The position numbers and the translations under genes were made by a program. The notes below the pieces were generated by a model. That model made no database searches. It had not been told where the DNA came from and saw only the letters and a program-made list of their open reading frames with translations. This document shows, piece after piece, positions 14,402 to 16,629 of a stretch of 16,629 nucleotides of DNA. How positions within the stretch are numbered: the stretch's first letter is position 1; the number at the start of each line of letters is the position of its first letter. Source of the DNA: Promethearchaeota archaeon (GTDB taxonomy: Archaea; Asgardarchaeota; Thorarchaeia; Thorarchaeales; Thorarchaeaceae); NCBI GenBank assembly GCA_027031765.1, contig JALVPN010000061.1, forward strand, positions 1-16,629. Direction: 5' to 3'.

Positions 14402-16009
14402 TTGCACTTGAACCGGAGAAACCTCATCCATGCAGTTGCCCTGATTGTGGCGGCGACCATTCTGTTCTCTGCTGCTGTTGCGCGTGCCCAGCCACCATCG
14501 GAACAGTTCATTGGTGGTGAGGACGACCCGCTACGGGTGTACCTCGCCCTCGACAGGAGGAGCGTCACAACCGCTGACGAGGACCACCCCATCCCCGTCC
14601 ACCTCGACAAGCTCATGCTACTACACATGCAGATCAACACGACAAGCGTTCATCCGCTCAATATCACGGGCATGATTACCTTCCTCTACCAAGGTTTCGA
14701 AGTCCTGCCAATCACCATTGTGAACCCGGAGAACAACAGGCCGTGGGTGGTCATCCCGCCTAGTGTCCAGATCGAGCCCATCGATGTATACATCAACTGG
14801 AGTCAGGCGCTCTCTATGGGCCCGGTGGACCTCATGACCGGTCTGTTCGAGGCCACTGTGAACTTCACCTACCAGGACATGGAAGACCCCGGTATCTCTG
14901 GTGTCATAGGTACTCGGTTCTACATGCTAATTGAGGCCTCCCTGATGGAGACCATCACCTCAGTCGCAGGCATTGCCACGGTGGCAGTCACAGGTGGTGC
15001 TGTCTACGGCCTCGGCTCGAGCATCTGGCAGCTGATTGACGGGTTCAAGACCGCATACAAACTACGTGGCATCCAGAAGAAGGCCTCCGAGATAAAGTCA
15101 CTACCAAACCTCACTGTGATTGGGGCACTGCCTCCACTGTTCACCCTACTTGCGTCACTGACACAGATGCGCACCACTGAGAAGGCGGAGGGTCATAGCA
15201 GCGCTGTCAGTGAGTATATGGTACGACAGAGACTCCGTGAGGTCGCTCCTAGTGCATGGCCCAGGAACCGCTGTCCCAAGTGCAAGAAGTCGTGGCCAAA
15301 GGACGAGGACACCTGCAAGAAGTGTGGGATTGACGAGGCCGAAGCGCGCCGGGAGTATGCGGAGCTCCTTGCATCGAAGGTGCCCTCCGTCATCAAGCTC
15401 CTCGGTAAGAAGAAGTCCATGTCGATAGACATGATTGCTAAGAAGACCAAGTCCAGTCAGTACAATGCCGGTGTCATCGCTTCGGCGCTTGTCGACACCG
15501 GCCTGACCGAGATCCAGAAGGTCAGGACACCGTTCCGGAGCTTTGTGACCAACCTGCTCGGGGTCGTGTTTGTCGTGCTGACGTGGCAGCAGCTACTGGG
15601 TGACAAGGCCAGCCACTGGCAGACCACCCTGACCCTAATGGGTGCAGCCCTTTCTGTAGGGGTCATAGTAGCGCTCTATGTCGCACGCAAGACACAGATA
15701 GAGAAGCTCCACATTGATACTGAGGGCCGGCCCAGTGGACTGACGCCCGCGACCGCTGACACGGGTGAGGAGTCACTGGTCTATGAGAGCGAGGACGAGG
15801 GCACTGGTGAGACCGAGACCGAGGCCGCTGGTCCCGGTGGGGGCGAAGGGGCCGCCCCGCCTGACAGTGCTCCTGCTGGTGGTGATGAGGAGGGCGGACA
15901 CGCTGGGGGCAGTGACGCGGACAGCGGCAGCGGAGGGTCTCCTCCAGAGGACGCAGATGCGCGTCTCCCATCGTTGACACCCGAGGAGCTTGACCGCGAG
16001 CGGGAATGA
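14402..16009 (+). CDS. membrane protein: signal peptide, extracellular beta-rich domain, TM, CxxC-x10-CxxC zinc ribbon, winged-helix-like domain, TM hairpin, acidic disordered tail
   Basis: Signal peptide NRRNLIHAVALIVAATILFSAAVARA/Q (cleavage near 14488), TM about 14954-15037, CPKC..CKKC (15272-15325), HTH-like 15377-15523, two TMs 15542-15685, E/D/G/A/P-rich tail. The start is TTG 14402 (GAGGA 6 nt upstream); 14363, 14378, 14399 and 14408 are alternatives. Confidence 0.85.
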   Translation: MHLNRRNLIHAVALIVAATILFSAAVARAQPPSEQFIGGEDDPLRVYLALDRRSVTTADEDHPIPVHLDKLMLLHMQINTTSVHPLNITGMITFLYQGFEVLPITIVNPENNRPWVVIPPSVQIEPIDVYINWSQALSMGPVDLMTGLFEATVNFTYQDMEDPGISGVIGTRFYMLIEASLMETITSVAGIATVAVTGGAVYGLGSSIWQLIDGFKTAYKLRGIQKKASEIKSLPNLTVIGALPPLFTLLASLTQMRTTEKAEGHSSAVSEYMVRQRLREVAPSAWPRNRCPKCKKSWPKDEDTCKKCGIDEAEARREYAELLASKVPSVIKLLGKKKSMSIDMIAKKTKSSQYNAGVIASALVDTGLTEIQKVRTPFRSFVTNLLGVVFVVLTWQQLLGDKASHWQTTLTLMGAALSVGVIVALYVARKTQIEKLHIDTEGRPSGLTPATADTGEESLVYESEDEGTGETETEAAGPGGGEGAAPPDSAPAGGDEEGGHAGGSDADSGSGGSPPEDADARLPSLTPEELDRERE

Positions 16010-16028
16010 CCCTGTGCAGACTGGTGCG

Positions 16029-16054
16029 ACGGGCAGCTGTCATTGGCTGCCCGT
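16029..16054 (+). terminator. GC-rich hairpin downstream of the membrane-protein gene (terminator or operator)
   Basis: Perfect 9-bp stem acgggcagc / gctgcccgt with an 8-nt loop, 19 nt after the stop at 16009. There is no U-tract. Confidence 0.35.
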
Positions 16055-16062
16055 GTCTCAGT

Positions 16063-16076
16063 CCCAAACATTGAAA
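16063..16076 (+). promoter_or_regulatory. putative BRE-TATA promoter of the flavoprotein gene
   Basis: cccaaacaTTGAAA, about 50 nt upstream of ATG 16126. Confidence 0.35.
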
Positions 16077-16125
16077 GACCCGACCCCACAAGGGCGCGCG
16101 CCAGAAGAATTGGAGCGCAAGAGCA

Positions 16126-16629
16126 ATGGCACGACGCATCGCAATAATCGGCTGTGGAGCAGCGGGTGCTACGGCGGCCCTGCAGGCACGGAAGTACGAC
16201 CGGAATGTCGAGGTCACAGTCTTTGACCGTGAGCCGTACTCGCAGTACTCAAGGTGCGGTCTCCCGTACACTCTGTCCGGACACGTCCGTTCTGTTGACG
16301 ACCTGGTACTGACACCACCTACCCGGTGGTCGTCACTGAAGATTGATGCGCACCTCTCGACCACCGTCCGGTCCATCGACCACAGGGCCAGGACCATCTC
16401 CTATGACGGGCCGGATGGGTGTGGCACACTGGAGTACGATGCACTCGTCTTCGCCACTGGTGCGCGCAGCGCGGCCCCTCCCATTGATGGCCTTGACACT
16501 CCGGGAGTCTACTATCTCCGTACTATCGACGACGCGAAGGCACTGGCCACAGGCATGGCCTCATCTTCGAAGGTCGTGGTCATTGGTGGCGGGCTCATCG
16601 GGATGGAGGTGGCTGAGGCTGCCCACGAG
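16126..16629 (+). CDS. FAD-dependent pyridine nucleotide-disulfide oxidoreductase, CoA-disulfide reductase / NADH oxidase family (5' part, runs off the window)
   Basis: Manual translation: MARRIAIIGCGAAGATAA (FAD GxGxxG), YSRCGLPY (single redox Cys44 at 16255-16257), YDALVFATGA, LRTIDDA, VVVIGGGLIGMEVAE (NAD(P)H-binding motif). It has no stop in the window, which is probably why it is absent from the ORF track. Confidence 0.93.
   Translation, partial: MARRIAIIGCGAAGATAALQARKYDRNVEVTVFDREPYSQYSRCGLPYTLSGHVRSVDDLVLTPPTRWSSLKIDAHLSTTVRSIDHRARTISYDGPDGCGTLEYDALVFATGARSAAPPIDGLDTPGVYYLRTIDDAKALATGMASSSKVVVIGGGLIGMEVAEAAHE

Noticed and set aside
1-16629. Mobile elements, CRISPR arrays, tRNA or rRNA genes
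   Set aside because: I saw no transposase or integrase motifs, terminal inverted repeats, repeat-spacer periodicity, T-loop GTTCRA cloverleaf or rRNA signature.

Overview
GC-rich (roughly 60% by eye) archaeal window, most likely from an Asgard archaeon; Thorarchaeia is my best guess, inferred from gene content and not from a marker gene. In order, it contains: (1) a ~630-aa protein with a small unrecognised N-terminal domain, a ~360-aa disordered linker and a C-terminal Ras-superfamily (Rab/Rho-like) G domain whose G3 motif is destroyed; (2) a small C4 + classical C2H2 zinc-finger protein; (3) a 4-TM membrane protein on the minus strand; (4) a type VII (MacB/LolD/FtsX-like) ABC operon of ATPase, two internally duplicated permeases, an ATPase fused to an AbrB-like domain, and a small 2-TM protein; (5) a longin-like + tandem winged-helix protein; (6) a 2-phosphoglycerate-kinase-family P-loop kinase on the minus strand; (7) a signal-peptide membrane protein carrying a Zn ribbon and a probable winged helix; (8) the 5' part of a CoA-disulfide reductase/NADH oxidase-family flavoprotein that the ORF track missed. 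Several archaeal BRE-TATA promoters are visible, and the first ~210 nt are densely self-complementary. I saw no rRNA, tRNA, CRISPR array, transposase or integrase. All family calls are motif recognition by eye; no database searches were run.
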